Of a stretch of DNA of 64,000 nucleotides, positions 27,201-40,966 are shown piece by piece; the stretch's first letter is position 1, and every line of letters starts with the position of its first letter. The position numbers and the translations under genes were made by a program. Source of the DNA: Lama guanicoe (Eukaryota); the NCBI GenBank assembly GCA_013239625.1, contig MU054323.1, positions 1,612,001 through 1,676,000 of the forward strand, given 5' to 3'. The notes below the pieces were generated by a model. That model saw only the letters and a program-made list of their open reading frames with translations, ran no database searches and was not told the origin of the DNA.

Positions 27201-27276
27201 CTCGGCCCCGGCCGTGTGGCAGAGCTTCCTTCCTCACTTGCCAGGGAGTCGTCCTCTCTGCAGCTGTCTCGCAGGC

Positions 27277-27858
27277 ATGGACACCCTGCGTGAGACCTTC
27301 CTCAGCCTGGAAGATGGCTTGGGCTCCTCCGACAGCGCCAGCCTGCTGTCCTCCTGGGACTGGAAAGACCGGGTGGGACCCTTTGAGCTGAACCAGGCCT
27401 CTCCCACCCAGAGCCTCTCCCCGGCTCCATCGCTGGAGTCCTGCTCTTCCTCTCCGGGTCCAGCGGTGGCCGGGCTGTCCTGTGGGCGTGGAGGTGCCAG
27501 CAGTGGGGGCAGCCAGGACTGCAGTGGCCTTGGGACCGGTGGCCTGGTGGAGGTAGACTACAATATGTTAGCTTTCCAGCCCGCTTATCTGCAGGGCGCT
27601 GGTGGCCCCAAGGCCCAGAGGGGCACCAAGGTCAGGATGTCGGTCCAGCGGAGACGGAAGGCCAGCGAGAGGGAGAAGCTCCGGATGAGGACCTTGGCAG
27701 ACGCCCTGCACACCCTCCGGAATTACCTGCCGCCCGTCTACAGCCAGAGGGGCCAGCCACTCACCAAGATCCAGACGCTGAAGTACACCATCAAGTACAT
27801 CGGAGAACTCACAGATCTTCTCAACGGCGGCCGAGAGCCTCGGCCCCAGAGCGCCTGA
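27277..27858 (+). CDS. MSGN1: Mesogenin 1, bHLH transcription factor (single coding exon, 193 aa)
   Basis: ATG in GGCATGG Kozak context; [21 protein letters not shown]-terminus, VDYNML motif, b[69 protein letters not shown]. Confidence 0.98.
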   Translation: MDTLRETFLSLEDGLGSSDSASLLSSWDWKDRVGPFELNQASPTQSLSPAPSLESCSSSPGPAVAGLSCGRGGASSGGSQDCSGLGTGGLVEVDYNMLAFQPAYLQGAGGPKAQRGTKVRMSVQRRRKASEREKLRMRTLADALHTLRNYLPPVYSQRGQPLTKIQTLKYTIKYIGELTDLLNGGREPRPQSA

Positions 27859-28362
27859 GCTCGGCCCAGGGACCCCACCTCTCCGGCCCCCTGGGCAGGG
27901 ATGGATGAGCCTTAAAGACCTGGACTGGCTCACGGAACAGCAGCACATAGTGATTTTTATATAGTAAGCGTGGTGACCTTGCTGTCCGAAAAGCTCTAAG
28001 GGAATTCCCACTGGACCTGTTGGAACCACCAGAACATTTACCTGCCAGACAAGCAGGCACTTCTGCTTCCGGTTTCCCCACCATTTCTCAAGAGACTTGC
28101 CCTTTGCTAAGAGACAGATGGCTTTGTCCTTTTCTGTCTGTTCAAGGTATTTCCAAGGGTCAGTGATTTCAAGTGCATTTTTTCAATAGTGTAAAATTGC
28201 CACAATGATTTTCTTTGGCCATTTTGGTGTGGGGAGCTTTCTCTCTGTTGCTAACTAAACCTGTGCTTTGTGCAGGATCCAGGGTGACACCTGGATTCTT
28301 ATTTAGAAAGATTAGGGTCAAGTAAAGAGCTATAGCGCTCCTGTTCTATTTTGTCTGTGTGC

Positions 28363-28363
<1 letters not shown>

Positions 28364-28404
<41 letters not shown>
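28364..28404. repeat. (TG)n microsatellite
   Basis: Direct reading. Confidence 0.95.
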
Positions 28405-29019
28405 TTGACTAAACTCAGACCTTTACTTTGGCAGGGACTAAAATTACTTAAATGCAGAAGAAATTAGTGTCATGGTGAATAGAAAGTCACAGGCAGACAG
28501 GTTACATTAAGACAGCCCCTCCTCTCTTCAGGGAAGGGGAAGGAGGCTGAAAACACTGGGGGCCAGAGGATGGGGGGTTGCGAGGAGAAGGAAGGGGAGG
28601 GAGACCCAGCAGCTCAGCCTGAACAGGCCCGGACAGAGCTGGGAGGGCGGGAGCTCCCTGGGCCAGGCCAGGTATGAGTACAACCTCATTGAATTCCTCC
28701 ACTTACTCATCTCTCAAATGAAGAGATTGACTCAGAAAGAATAGGAGGCTAGTTTGATTCTAGAGATAAAGGAAAAGGGTCAGGATTAGAACTCAAGTCT
28801 ACTCTAACTCCTTTAGAGATATTTATTTCTTTATCCACAGTGTCTCCCCCTCCTACCCACCCCCAAATCACCTCCTGTGAATCCACACCCCGCTCTTCAC
28901 TGTGCCTCATCTTAGGGTTGGCGATGCAGCACCTTCAGCTTGACTAATTTGATGGCACAGGACATCAAAATGCGGGCTTTGAATTAAGGAGTTTCTAAAA
29001 AACTAGTGGGTTTTTTTTT

Positions 29020-30300
29020 TAAGTCTGAATTTTTCTCCTTGTGGTTATTAAACATTTGCTTTTGTTTTTCAGTGAATTGTCTGTTCATGTCTCCTGTCAT
29101 TTTTTTTCCTATTGGTGATTTTTCTTCTTTTGAATAACAAATTACAAAGGCAGGAGATGTGTCCACAATTTAATGTATTACTTCTCCACTTTTTTCCTTT
29201 GCTGATACAAACATAATACAAATAAATATAGGCATGTATTTTTAGATACTTTTAAAGAATACCTTTAATTCTGCAAATTGCTTTCGTTTTTTGACTTAGC
29301 AATATATAGTAAAAGTCCTTCCAGTTTAACAAGAATAAATCCATGATATAAGTACCATTATTATTTTGATTTTGTAGTTGAGGAAATTGAAGCACAGACT
29401 TGCCCTAAGAAGTCACACATGTGAAAAATATTTAGAAAGCAGAGGTTCGAACAATGCTTCATAGCACAGGTGTGCTAGGCTACACATGATCTGTTTAATG
29501 AATCACCTTTTGAATCATATATATTTTGTTTTCATTACAAAGAAATGCTGTAACAAACATCCCAGACAACTAGCTTTATCCACGGATATTTTCATTCGCC
29601 TGAAAGTTCCCATAAATGGGATTTCTGGATCAGAGTTGTGGGCACATTTTAAATTTAAATAAATACTGTTAGATGGCTTTTATAAAAATTTGTAGTTATT
29701 CATGGTCTCCCAACATTTTGCGACAGAATCAGCTGTTCCATGATGACACTGGATTTTCTCAATCTTCTGAAATTTTTAATGGATTAAAACATGTTTATGC
29801 TGTTCTTGTGATAATTTGAATTGCCCTATGGTCTATCTGAGATGGCGCATCTTTTTAAATTTTATGTGACTATTGTTCACTTTGATTTCTTTTCTATAAC
29901 AGGCCAGTTTATACTCTTTGCCACTTTTCTATTGGGTTCTTTATGTTCTTGTTAATAAACTGGGAGAGTTCTTTGTACATTACATGTATTGAAAATATTT
30001 CCTTCCAATCTATCATTTTGTTATAATCTTTGTTTATGGTATCTTATATTTATGATTTTGATTCTGATATCTTTTGCTCTTTGAAGTGTTTCATTTTTGT
30101 ATGATCAAGTTTCTCGTCTATTTTTTTTCTTATGGCTTGTGTGTTTCTTCCTTTTGCTTAACTTTTCCCAGTTCCAAGGCTATTCAAATGTTCTGATTTA
30201 AAAAAAATATTTTAATAGTTATTTATAGATGGATCTTTAATTTACCTGAAAATTTATTTTTGTCTATAGTGCAAAGAAGGACTCTAACTTTATTTCTGAT
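29020..30300 (-). mobile_element. Ancient L1M fragments interrupted by a MIR (~29350-29450)
   Basis: tgaattgtctgttcatgtc, aaatgggatttctggatcag, cacttttctattgggtt; MIR core gttgaggaaattgaagcacagac. Confidence 0.6.
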
Positions 30301-30514
30301 TATTGTTTTTATAAATGCAGGATAAGTATAAACTTGTCACTGGGGGTGATGGGTGGTGCTGGGGCACAATTGCTACAATGTCATCCTGTGTATACAAATT
30401 TTATCAACTTTTCATAAATTTGCTGCTGATGTTTCAGAGAAGAATCTAGAATATGTTGAACAATATCAAGATTTTCTTCAAGAGACTCTACCCTGTGCAT
30501 GCACAGGTGTTCAT

Positions 30515-30596
30515 GTGAGAGTGTATGTGTGTGCACGTGTGTGCACGTGTACATGTGTTTGTTCCTGTGTATGTGTGTGTGTGTGTGTGTGTGTGC
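30515..30596. repeat. Imperfect (TG)n microsatellite
   Basis: Direct reading. Confidence 0.9.
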
Positions 30597-33148
30597 ATGG
30601 TGTTTCACGTATTGAGGGTGAAGGATTAGAGAGGACTGTAATATGGGAAAGGGGGTTTTCAGCCTTTGATCAGTGTTTATATTGACTTATTTTCCGTGTC
30701 ATTTTTAAAAAGAGTGGAACCCAAATGCCCTTGACTTTTGATTTTTTTCCAGCGCAAGCATTAAGAATGGTTTATCAAGAGCATGGGTAATTTTGGTTGC
30801 CTTGGGGACCAAATGTTGTGGATGGATTGGGAAGCCCTGTTGTCATTTTCAAAAAATTCTGGAAAGCCACAGACCCAGCTACCAGTTGGGCTTGCCTTCA
30901 GGACTCCTAAGGTCCTTACTGGAGGGGAGGCATCTGCAGAGCTTGGAGAAGGTGACAGCTTCCTGGGAGTAAGCCTCTGGCCCAGGGCCTTGTCTTACCG
31001 ACACCACCTGCAGCCCCGGGTGGGCCCTGTCCAGGAAAGACAGCTAGCTGCCCATCAGCACCTGACTCCTGCAGCAACGCCCAGGGCAGCTGCCTCCCTG
31101 ATGGGGAGGGTAGCTGGAACAGGTCCCGGATTCCCCCCAGCGAGCATTTAAAAGCTGTTGCCTCGGGCGTAGCTCAGGATTCAGAATAACTTATTTCTGG
31201 TGCTTGGAGAGGGAACCACAATTCATGGATTTCCTCTATGTTGTAGTCAGAATTTTCACATTTGCTATTTCATGCAATCCTCCTAACAGCCCCAGGAGGT
31301 GGGAACTATTAGTTTCATTTTGAGGACGAGGAAGCAAAGGTTTAGGACAACTAAACGGGGCAGAGCCACACGATGAGCCAGTGGCCCATGGTTGACTAGT
31401 TAGCTACTGAGGTAGGCGTCAGCTCTTAACTCCAAAGCTTGGGCCTGTACTTTGGAATCATGCTGCCTGCTCCTCCGGCTGCTCAGAGGACGCCGCGTGC
31501 CCTGGGCTGGGCAGTCAGAGAGGTTTCTCAGCCAGTGCTCACTCCCAGGCTTCTCAGCCTCGTCCCTGCTTCCCCATCTCTGGGACCCTCATTGTCTTTT
31601 ACCTTCTGAAGCATTTCTTGAAGGGGCTATTCTCATCCTTTAAAAGATGTCCCTTTGAACTTCTGCCTCCACCCCAAACGTGTCCTCAGAAATTCCTTTC
31701 ACTTCCCTGCTGGCGCCTAGGGTCCTTCTTAATCCACAGAGAAACCTGACTGACTTCTTCTGCTCATTTGTGTTCAATAAAATGTTCCACAATTCACACC
31801 GGGCTGAGGTTTCTTTGTTCTTCTTGTAGTTTCTGCTGCATTAGCTCATTGGGAGAGCGGAGAGCGGCGAGGGCAGGCTGGGGGGAGTCTCTGCAAATTG
31901 ACAAGTTGACAGAATTGCCTTGACTTTTAAGATATTTTTTTAAAAAGATAGCAGAAGAGGCACATATAAATGAGCGCTGGTGCTGTTGTTCTGACCTCGC
32001 ATTCCAGTAGCTTGGTATGTTCTGTGGTGACTCTGAGGCGTCCTTTGATTCCGTACACGCTCCAGGCTGCAGGAAGGAGCCTGGACCTGGGCCTTGACCC
32101 CGGCGGGCTCGGCCCTGGGCTGGCTTGACAGCCACCAGAGCTTGGTATCCGCCTCCTGTCCTCCTGCGGGGAACCCAAGATAACATCTGCTTTGCAAATA
32201 AAATACCAAAAACTAAGCAGTGCCTCTTAGAAAGACCTGATCTGAATATTTTGGTTCCAGAAAGTCCCTTGAACCCTGAGGAGGAAGGAAGCAAAGAACC
32301 TGAGAAGCCTGGAGAGAAAAGACAATTCCTTGCTCATCTCTGGGGTTTGGGACTCTCGACCCTCCTTTCCTCAGCAGAGTCTCCCATTAAGTTCTTTTCA
32401 GCTGAACATTATTGATTTCTGTTTCTCTTCATTAAGTGGGGTGACCGGCAGGGCTGGAGGTCAGGGGCGTGTAGGAGAGACGGAAGTCCAGAAGGAGCTG
32501 CGGTGAGCGAACCCCAGCCAGGGCAGCAGCAGTTGTGGGTTCATTAGCTGAGGGGTCAGGCTCGGGGTCAAAGGCTCTATCTATTTTTTCTCCTTTACTC
32601 TTAACACTAGGAGGAGATAGCGAATATCAGCCCACTTTGCAAATAAAGAAGCTCAGAGAGGCCAAGTCACCTTGCCCAAGGTCACGCAGTTGGCATGGGG
32701 CCCAGGATTCCACCCACAGCTGCCTGACTCATTCTTTTCACAGCACTAAGCTCCATGTGCCGGAAATGAGCAGGAAACAAAACAAGTCGCAGGGAAGTCC
32801 GCGTGCGAGCCGTTTCCACTAGTCTGCGCTCTCATTTGAAAAGATTTGCATTTGCATGTGCACTGTGCAAACATTGTACTAGGATGGACAGAGATCAGGG
32901 CATATTTTAAGTTGTGAGAACCTTCCTGGTCTCCTCCCACACCACACGGTACAAAGCATGACTATTCTTTTTCTCTCTCTCATAGGATGGAATTTGAGAA
33001 AAGTGTGGGAGTTTTGCAACAATCTTGGCACATTTGTATGCCTCTAAAGGTATCATAAATCACACTTCAGAAGTACATGTTCCCAGGGATTACAGTTTTC
33101 ACATCTTTTCCTGCGGTTTCTTTTAGGTGCAAAATTACCAAACAAAAA

Positions 33149-33196
33149 ATGATGATGATGATGGTGATGATGATGATGATGATAATAATAATAATA
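33149..33196. repeat. (GAT)n/(AAT)n trinucleotide repeat
   Basis: atgatgatgatgatggtgatgatgatgatgatgataataataataata. Confidence 0.95.
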
Positions 33197-33650
33197 GCAA
33201 CAAAAACTAATATTCATTGTGTGCCTGCTCTGGATAAGAGCTTTACATGAAATCACTATTTTAACCTCTATGAAGTAAGAAATAACTACTTTACAACCTT
33301 ATGAAATAAGAACTAAAGTTATCCCCATTTTATAGATGAGAAAACTGAGGCACAGAGAGGGGAAATTTCACGCAACTTGGCAGCAGCAGACCCTAGCAGG
33401 TGTGTACCACACCAAACCCCTACTGCTATATCACGGGTATCTTTTTATCGGGTTAGTGATCACAAAGCATTTTACATACATCATCCTATTTAATTCTAAC
33501 CTGTAACTCATTATATGTGACGTTGAACCGGGATTGTTGTGTCCAGTTTACAGATGAGGGATTTAAAGTTCGTAATGACAAAATACCATAATTATTAATA
33601 AATGACAAGAGCTGGCACCAGAATCCAAAATTGAAAACTCCCAGTCTGAT
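33197..33650 (-). mobile_element. Two adjacent MIR SINEs
   Basis: atccccattttatagatgagaaaactgaggcacagagagg and tccagtttacagatgagg cores. Confidence 0.75.
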
Positions 33651-34537
33651 TCTTTCTGGCTAAACTTTTCTGTCTCCTGAGGAAATCTAAAGTCTACTTC
33701 CAAGGGAATCTTCATAAAGGCAGAACAGCAAAATGTGCTCTATGGTCTGTTTCTTCAAGGTGGGCTTTGCATTAAACCTTCTGGAATTTTTGGATCTAAT
33801 CCATGTACACACAAAACAATCCATGCCTGCATGTAGGGAAGGGTGATAAAAACCTAAACCCTTGAACAGAATTTTATTCCCCTTCATAACTCGAGAATTT
33901 GCACCCCCAGGAGACTACTATCACTCTTTTTACTGCACATTTAATTACTTCCTAGCAGGGAAAGCAGGTGACATTTAAGTAATTTAAGTTCCAGGATTCT
34001 AACACACATCAAAAGGTCTGATGTATTCTGGGACAACTGAGAATCGGGTCGTGGGCTGAGGACCCTGGCACTGAGATGGAGAGGCTACGTGCAATGAAGG
34101 TGGGAGCTGTGAGACCAGAAATGAGGGCCAGTGAAGGAGACCGGAGTCAGATTTCAGCGTCAGCCCTTCCATGGTGCTGGATTACGGGATGCAGAGGTGA
34201 GATGCTCACAGCCTAGCGAGGGAGGAGGACAAGGAAAGAGATGAAAGGACCCGATGCTCCTTGCACAGCTCAGAGAAGGCGTCACACTGGAGGAAACTCT
34301 TGAAGTTGTCCTCTAGGGAGCCCAGGGCTTGCTGAACAGAGGAAACAGCGTATGCAAAAGCCCAGAGATCTGAAAGAACGCAAGGGTTTGGGGATCAGAA
34401 GGGGGCTGGTTTGGTTGAGATGGACAGGAAAGCAGGCGTGGGAGGCTGAGGGCTTGCACATCCTTCAAGCTGTGGGGAAGCTGACTCTCACCCTGAGAGA
34501 AGCCCCTCTCACACAGAGGCTAACTCAGACTGCTATC

Positions 34538-34951
34538 ATTTTATTTACTGAAGTATAGTCAGTTTATAATGTGTCACTTTCTGGTGTACAGCTTACTGTT
34601 TCAATCATACATGCACATACATATATGCATTTTCATATTCTTTTTCATTATAGGTTGCTGCAAGATATTGAATATCGTTCCCTCTGTTGTACAGAAGAAA
34701 CTTGTTTATCTATTTTACATACAGTAGTTAATATTTGCAAGTCTCGAACTCCCAATTTATCCCTTCCCGCCCCCTTTCCCCCTGGTAACCATAAGCTTGT
34801 TTACTATGGGTGTGAGTCTGTTTCTGTTTTGTAGATCATCATTCTGAGTGAAGTAACCAGAAAGAGAAAGAAAAATACCACATGATACCATTCATATGTG
34901 GAATCTACAAACAGAAAAAAGAAGACACTAATGAACTTGTCTACAAAACAG
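34538..34951 (-). mobile_element. L1 3' end with inverted 5' segment
   Basis: Antisense 3'UTR at 34538-34835 joined directly to sense-oriented upstream L1 sequence at 34836-34951 (cattctgagtgaagtaaccagaaagagaaagaaaaatacc). Confidence 0.85.
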
Positions 34952-35715
34952 GTGGTTATTTATCTGTGTCCTGGTCAAAGCACCCGGAGTAGAACACAGC
35001 ACACTTGTAAGGCGCAGGTAACAGAGGAGCTCTGTCTGATGGGGCACCTGGCTTTGTAGGTAGGCTGGCACTGAACTTGAACCTAGGCAGGTAGGTGGCA
35101 TCTTGATGGGGCACAGGGGCAGTTCCAGAGAGAAAGAAGAGCAAAAACAGAGGTATGAAGGCAGGGACCAGTGGGAGGCCCCAGATGAGGGTCCGTGGGC
35201 TGCGACAGAGGTCTGTTAGAAGAGTGAGTTTAGGTACAGACGAGCTAAAGGGTGGGACTTAGGAAACACCTTTATATTTTTGTTTGACTCATCCTATCAG
35301 AGTATGTGAAGATGATGAGTTTATTCACTGAACAAGAATTGCTGAGCTGACGGCATGTTTCTTAGCCTGTGTTGGGTTTCCGAGAGAGAGACAGGATCCC
35401 AGGCCTTTGGAAGTTTCCATGCTAGTGGCGGAAATGAGATCCGATGATTGTGAAAACAGCTCTTTTGCCCTTTCCTGTTTGCCCATTTCTGTCCCCTCCA
35501 ACCTTGGAAGAACCGAATTATAGGAATGAGGTCACTAGGCAATTTAAATAACTCCTGACTTACACTTTCTTGAATGCACACTATGCCTTGCCTAAAGTGT
35601 TGATTCGTTTCCTGTATTAAAAGAAGTAAGAATGAATGAAGAATTAAGCAGTTAAAGAATGACTAGCTGTCTACCCACCCCCACATCCCCCTTAGCAATC
35701 CTGCAGGCAGGACAT

Positions 35716-35995
35716 GTGGGCAAGACAACACCTGAAGAGAGAGTCAGCCTGCACACAATGGGGAGTGATGCAGAACTCAGCCTTCTGCCTCAGTGACTCG
35801 CCAAGATTCTTTCCCCCTTTTTCCCTTTAAAAACTGTCATGGCTGAGCTGACTCTCTGGAGTTGGTCTCGGGACAGAAGTCCACCTTCTCCCAGATGGCC
35901 AGCTTTTCTAATTAAAACTCCTTTCCTTTCTACTGATGCTTGGTTCTCGATGATTAGCTTTTGAGTGGTGAGTACCCGGACCTGAGTTTGGGAAG
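35716..35995 (+). mobile_element. ERV solo LTR (family unresolved)
   Basis: ccctttaaaa TATA-like, ATTAAA, terminal gcttttgagtggtgagtacccggacctgagtttgg typical of an ERV1-type LTR U5. Confidence 0.6.
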
Positions 35996-37212
35996 AACCG
36001 GTTAGGGAGGACTGTGGCTCAGACAGTGATTCTGCCAGAAACCATGGGTTGGTGGGATGTTCTCTAGGATTTGAAGTGCTGAAGGGAGGAGTTTAGGGGT
36101 TACAAAATGAGGAAGAGCTGAGGCTGGATGGATGGGAAAGATGCAAAGAGCAGAGCATCCTAGGGGAACTGGAGAGGAGGGTGAATGAGGGGCTGGAGAA
36201 GTCGTGAGAAGGGAAAGGTGAGCCTGCTTTGGAAAGCTCTGGAAAAGCCAGCGTAAAAGACATTACCCAGTTCTGATCAGTCTGCCATGCTGTTGCTCCT
36301 GAATGTTCACTTCTGTGCATCACTGTCAATAGCAGACTGCTCACCCCTGCCTCCACATCCTAACACTCCCAGCAGGGCTGTGCTGTAGACGCCATTAGCC
36401 CATTTTACAGATGAGAAAACAGGGCCTATGGCAGTAAAGGGCTAACTGGTTCCAGAGTTTCCCCCGCCCCCTCTGCAGCCCTCCCCTGATTCAGGTAAAG
36501 AACCTGAAAGTAGAAAGCAGAGAATGATGATCACATGGGAGCAATGACTGCTCAGGAGGCTTCTGAAGATGGTACTACCCACGATTAACTCTTAAAGATG
36601 ATCAGCTCCAGGAATGGTGGGGAGAGCAGATTTATTTCTCCACTTACAGCTGATTTAAGGCAATGGAAATTTTAATCTTTACATTTTCTTGTTTGGGGGA
36701 TGACCTTTTCAAAAATCCCAAGGGGTTAAATAGGTATACAAAACTGAACAAAATGCTCCAGTCACTTCTCTGGGGTCTCTGGTTCTTGCAAAAGAGGTCC
36801 TTTCCGTCCATCCTGCTCTGGCGTTCCCTGGCCCAGCCCTCCCTGCAGCAGGTGAGCGCCCGACGTGTTCCCAGAGCGGGCTTTTAACGCTGTTAACAAG
36901 GCTGGAGGCGCCAAAGGGGGCCCCTGGGGGACTGGAGGAACCAGGAGGCTCAATCATAAAGGGCTCTAGTTAAAAGGAGAAAGAGGTGCCAGGGAAACGC
37001 TAGGGCTTGTTTTCTGCTTGTTTGGGTGTGTGTATTTTAAAGACCAGGAAGGAACAACAATTTCCATAACTGAGCCCGGGCTACATCCAACAAAGCTGAG
37101 GACCTTAATAGAACAGTGCGTCTTTGCGGAAGCAGGAACCGGAGGCAGATGCTACTTCCTGCACTTTTGGGATCGCCTGCCCATCCCGTGAACAGGGATT
37201 TTTTTCTGAAAC

Positions 37213-37690
37213 TATTACCGAAGGCAAGTTCGTGTACCCTCCATACCATGAGGCCAAAGAAACTGAAATATCAAAGTTTGGAGCAGAGAAAAATTTATTG
37301 CAGGGCTGAGCAAGGAGGGTGTGTGTGGGGGGGCTCGTGTCCAAGAAAACCCTGAACTCCCCAAAGGGTTTCAGCAAAGCATATTTAAAGGTCAAGTAAG
37401 GGGAGGGGGCTGTCGCAGGGTACGTGATCAGCTTGTGCACTATTCTCTGATTGGTTGATGTGGAGGGAACATGGTGGTCAACACTATCAACCCCTGGGCG
37501 CCAGAAGGTCTGGGGGCTGTGTGCTCTCGATCATCAAGTAGTTAATGTTTTACCTTTGGTGGTGGTTTTAAGCATCTGGAAAAGTCAGTAAATATTCATG
37601 AGATTCTATTCTCTGGGCTCTTTAGAGAGGAGCTGCCGCAGGGGTCATGGGGGAGGGGTCTGACCCTACCAGGCTCGCAGTGAAGGGCGA
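37213..37690 (-). mobile_element. ERV1-type LTR
   Basis: agtttggagcagagaaaaatttattgcaggg (antisense poly-A signal), ctgattggttg CCAAT box, ttaccgaa terminus. Confidence 0.8.
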
Positions 37691-38289
37691 AGGCAGACTG
37701 TTCCACGGCCGGGGAGGCCCTGTGGCTGGAAAACAAGGAATCCATTCAGAAAACTTAATTTCCGGACAAGCAAGCATTCCTGCAGACCTGATCCTGGACT
37801 ACAAAGAGGGAAGAGCAGAGCGGATGGGACATTCAGCGAAGCTCGTGTATGTGTGTGTGTGTGTGTGTGTGTGCTCCTGAGGCATGAAGGCCACGTGGCT
37901 TCCTCACAGCCAGGCTGGGCTCGGAACCAGCTGGGTACCAAGGCAGAGGAACAGCTCTGTGGCTCTAATTTCAAGGCCTGAGAAACTGAGACAGTGAGAG
38001 GCCTGGTGGTTTAGTGAAAAATGCTCCATCTTGCAGTTACTTAGCAATGTCTCCAAAGTCACAGGGTCCAAAGTTCTGGGTAAGTTTCTTATCTGCAAAA
38101 TGGGGGAACAAAGCTTATTCACGGGCCTGGCGTGGAGACTGAGTGGGACAGCGGCATTAAGCTCCATGCACAGTGTGACTGAATGCTGGTGTCCTTTCCC
38201 TTCAGTTCAAGAGCTCTGGTAAATTAATAGCACAGGGAAGGCGCAGTGTCATCAATGATATCAAAAGTGGGTTCTCTGAAAATCAACCT

Positions 38290-38630
38290 CTGGTGAAATC
38301 AGAAACAAAAACACAGACAAGGCAGAAATGAACTATCGGAGGATCAAAAAAATAGGCCATTAAAAGCTAAGCAAATACTACATAAAACTTTAATACAGCT
38401 GAAAATTTAGAGCAAGCAGACCAATATCTAAGGAAAATACTCCTTACCAAAAGTCACTCAAGGAAAAAGTCCAAAATCCAAGTAGTTCTGTCATCACTGG
38501 AGAAATGCATTCAATAATTAAAACTGTCTACAGCAGGAGCCAGTGATTTTACACATAAATTCTTCCCAACACGTAAGGAACATACCATTTCAATCTTCTA
38601 TACACTCTCCCAGAAAATAGAAAGAGAGGT
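38290..38630 (+). mobile_element. Ancient L1 ORF2 fragment
   Basis: A-rich sense L1: gaaaatttagagcaagcagacc, ttaccaaaagtcactcaag, taaattcttcccaac. Confidence 0.65.
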
Positions 38631-38644
38631 AGCTTACCAGGGGC

Positions 38645-38830
38645 TGAGAATTACTGCCGCCTGCCCGGTGTTCACTCACCATTTTTTCTGTACTAACACA
38701 ACCTCAATTTTAGTGGCAGTGGCAATAAATAAACCTAAGTCTCTCAGCTTCCCTTAGAGCGAGGGATGGTTATGTGAACTAGTTCTGGCCAATGACACAA
38801 AAGTAGAAAAATCTGGGTGGGGCTTCCAAA
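38645..38830. mobile_element. ERVL LTR33/LTR16-like fragment
   Basis: ctcagcttcccttagagc...ggttatgtgaactagttctggccaatgac. Confidence 0.6.
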
Positions 38831-40544
38831 TTCACTATATAATGGCAAAGCCTAATACATAGAGCACAAAAGGGAATAACAGAGTAATCAAAAAGTATAG
38901 AGTAATTCCACTAGCAGATTCAAGAATTTAAAATAAAATCTAGCACATACTCCCCCAAAGCTTCCATCCTCTCTGTCCTGGAGGGAAGTGAGAGAAGCTT
39001 TTGGAAGGGGGATTCCACACCAGCAGTAACAGAGAAGAGTCTCCCCTACCCCATCAGGCTTTAAGTTTTCCCAATTTTCTTATCTATAAAGTAGGAATCA
39101 TAGCACCTAACATTGTACTTACTACCATGATTGAGAAATCCTGTTCGATGCAGGTGGCCAATTCCTTGTGAGACTAAACGCTGGCAGGGATTGGCACTCA
39201 GCAATGACCGAAAAACAAAGTTGAAAAGGCCTCTAAGAGAGCTTCAGAGACAATGTCAGTGAGATGCTAGCTGTTAAAGTTCATACTGGATGCCCAGAGA
39301 GTCCGACCCTTCTGAATTTGTAGTCCAGATCATCCAGGAAGATCTTCCTGGTTCCATCGTCCAGCCCTTGTTTTGCTCCTCTCCCACCCATCCTGCCCGT
39401 GATGTGCTGGGCAAGCTGATGACACCTTCCCCCACTGAAAGATGGTTCTACTGCTCTGCAAAGTAGAGGGCTGGGGCCTCTGTTCCTACCCTGCCCATGC
39501 TGGGACCAGGTATATCATAAATACTTCAGGCAGAGCAAAGCCAGAGGAAGCTCTGGTGCTTATCCAAATAGCTCACCCTACTACACTGTGGAGCTCAGCT
39601 TCTCCTCTTAACCATGTGAGAAAATACGGGCCAAGTCACTTTCTCAATTCTTCTGTTTGCCAAATATAGGACAATAAAGTTGAGGTTCTATAAGTAAGAA
39701 TAAAAGGGAATGTGACCATTGGGTAGACAACAATCATTCTCAGCCTCCTGGAAAGTTATTTCTTTTTCTTTTCTCTGGAATGGTGTTCTAGTGACAGAAG
39801 AACGGCCGCATTTGGCCCATAGAAGTATTGAGAATGACTTTTGCCTATTTTCTCATCTTTTGAATGGAGAAGCCGAGATCCCCAATGTGGGACAGTCATG
39901 TTTTGTTGGGGACTGTCTTTGGAAAGTGGAACAGATGCGTCTGAGAGAGCCAGATCCCCTTGGGGAAGAGACTTCAATTAAGAAGAAGTATCACCAGTAG
40001 GTGCTTTCCAGCCACAGGCTTTTGTATGCCTGCTTCTGCTGGTGCCACCATTATTGGCCCCAACTGAGCCCCCCTGGGCCAGGCTGTTCGGCCAGAAGTC
40101 CCCAGAGAAGCCAGTGCAACCTCTCGTCTTAAGTCAGATGCTTCATGTCCCTGCTGGAAAAGCCTTTGGTGACATCTCACTGCAGCGTGTCCGTTTATTT
40201 AGTTCCTGCCGAGTCCCATTCAACTCTTATGTTCCACTGTCCTCATTCTGCTCTAAACTATTTTTTTTTCCATTTCTTAAAAGCATCAAGTTTATTTTCA
40301 GCTCAGGTCCTTTTCCCTTATTACTTTTGTCTGGAAACATTTTTTTCCTTAGATCAACAAGCAGAGCTTAAATGTCACTTTCCCCCTTGCAGCCATCCCC
40401 TTCAGCTCTGCCGTAACTACGGTACCCTAGCTTGTACTGCTCATGATAATAAATGCTCCCTGAAGCTAGCTTATGTATCTTAGTCAGTAAACAAGTTCAG
40501 TACATTATTTATTACCATATCCCCAGTACTTGGCACATAGATGC

Positions 40545-40966
40545 TACAATGGTTAACTTTATGCATCGTCTCGGCTGTGATGCCCAGATGTGTGGTTAAG
40601 AATTATTCTGGATGTTTCTGTGAGGATATTGTTAGACAAAAACTAACATTTAAATTGGTAAACTTTGAGTAAAGCACATTGCTCTCCATAATGTGAGTGA
40701 GCCTCATCTAATCAGTCGAAGGTCTGAATTGGCTTCCTGGGCAAGAGGGACTTGGGCCCACAGATGGCCTTATGACTTGAACTGAAGCATCAGCTCTTTC
40801 CTGGACCTCCAGCCTGATGATCCTCCCTGCAGATTTTGGACTTGCCAGCCTCTGAATCACAGGAGCCAATTCCTTAAAATAAATTCATCTCTCCCTCTCT
40901 CTCTCTCTCTCTCTTTCCATATATATCCTACTGGTTCTGTTTTTCTGGAGAACCATGACTAATACA
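40545..40966 (+). mobile_element. MLT2 (ERVL) solo LTR nested in an L2 tail
   Basis: atggttaactttatg start, ctggttctgtttttctggagaaccatgactaataca end; near-TSD gatgc/ggtgc. Confidence 0.85.

Noticed and set aside
27175..27276. 34-aa N-terminal extension of MSGN1 in the ORF track
   Set aside because: It starts at TTG upstream of the TATA-like box; the ATG at 27277 has good Kozak context and gives the expected 193-aa protein
27568..28029. 153-aa ORF antisense to MSGN1
   Set aside because: Shadow ORF of GC-rich coding sequence with no recognisable domain
33053..33256. Poly-Tyr/poly-His ORF
   Set aside because: Translation of a (GAT/AAT)n microsatellite
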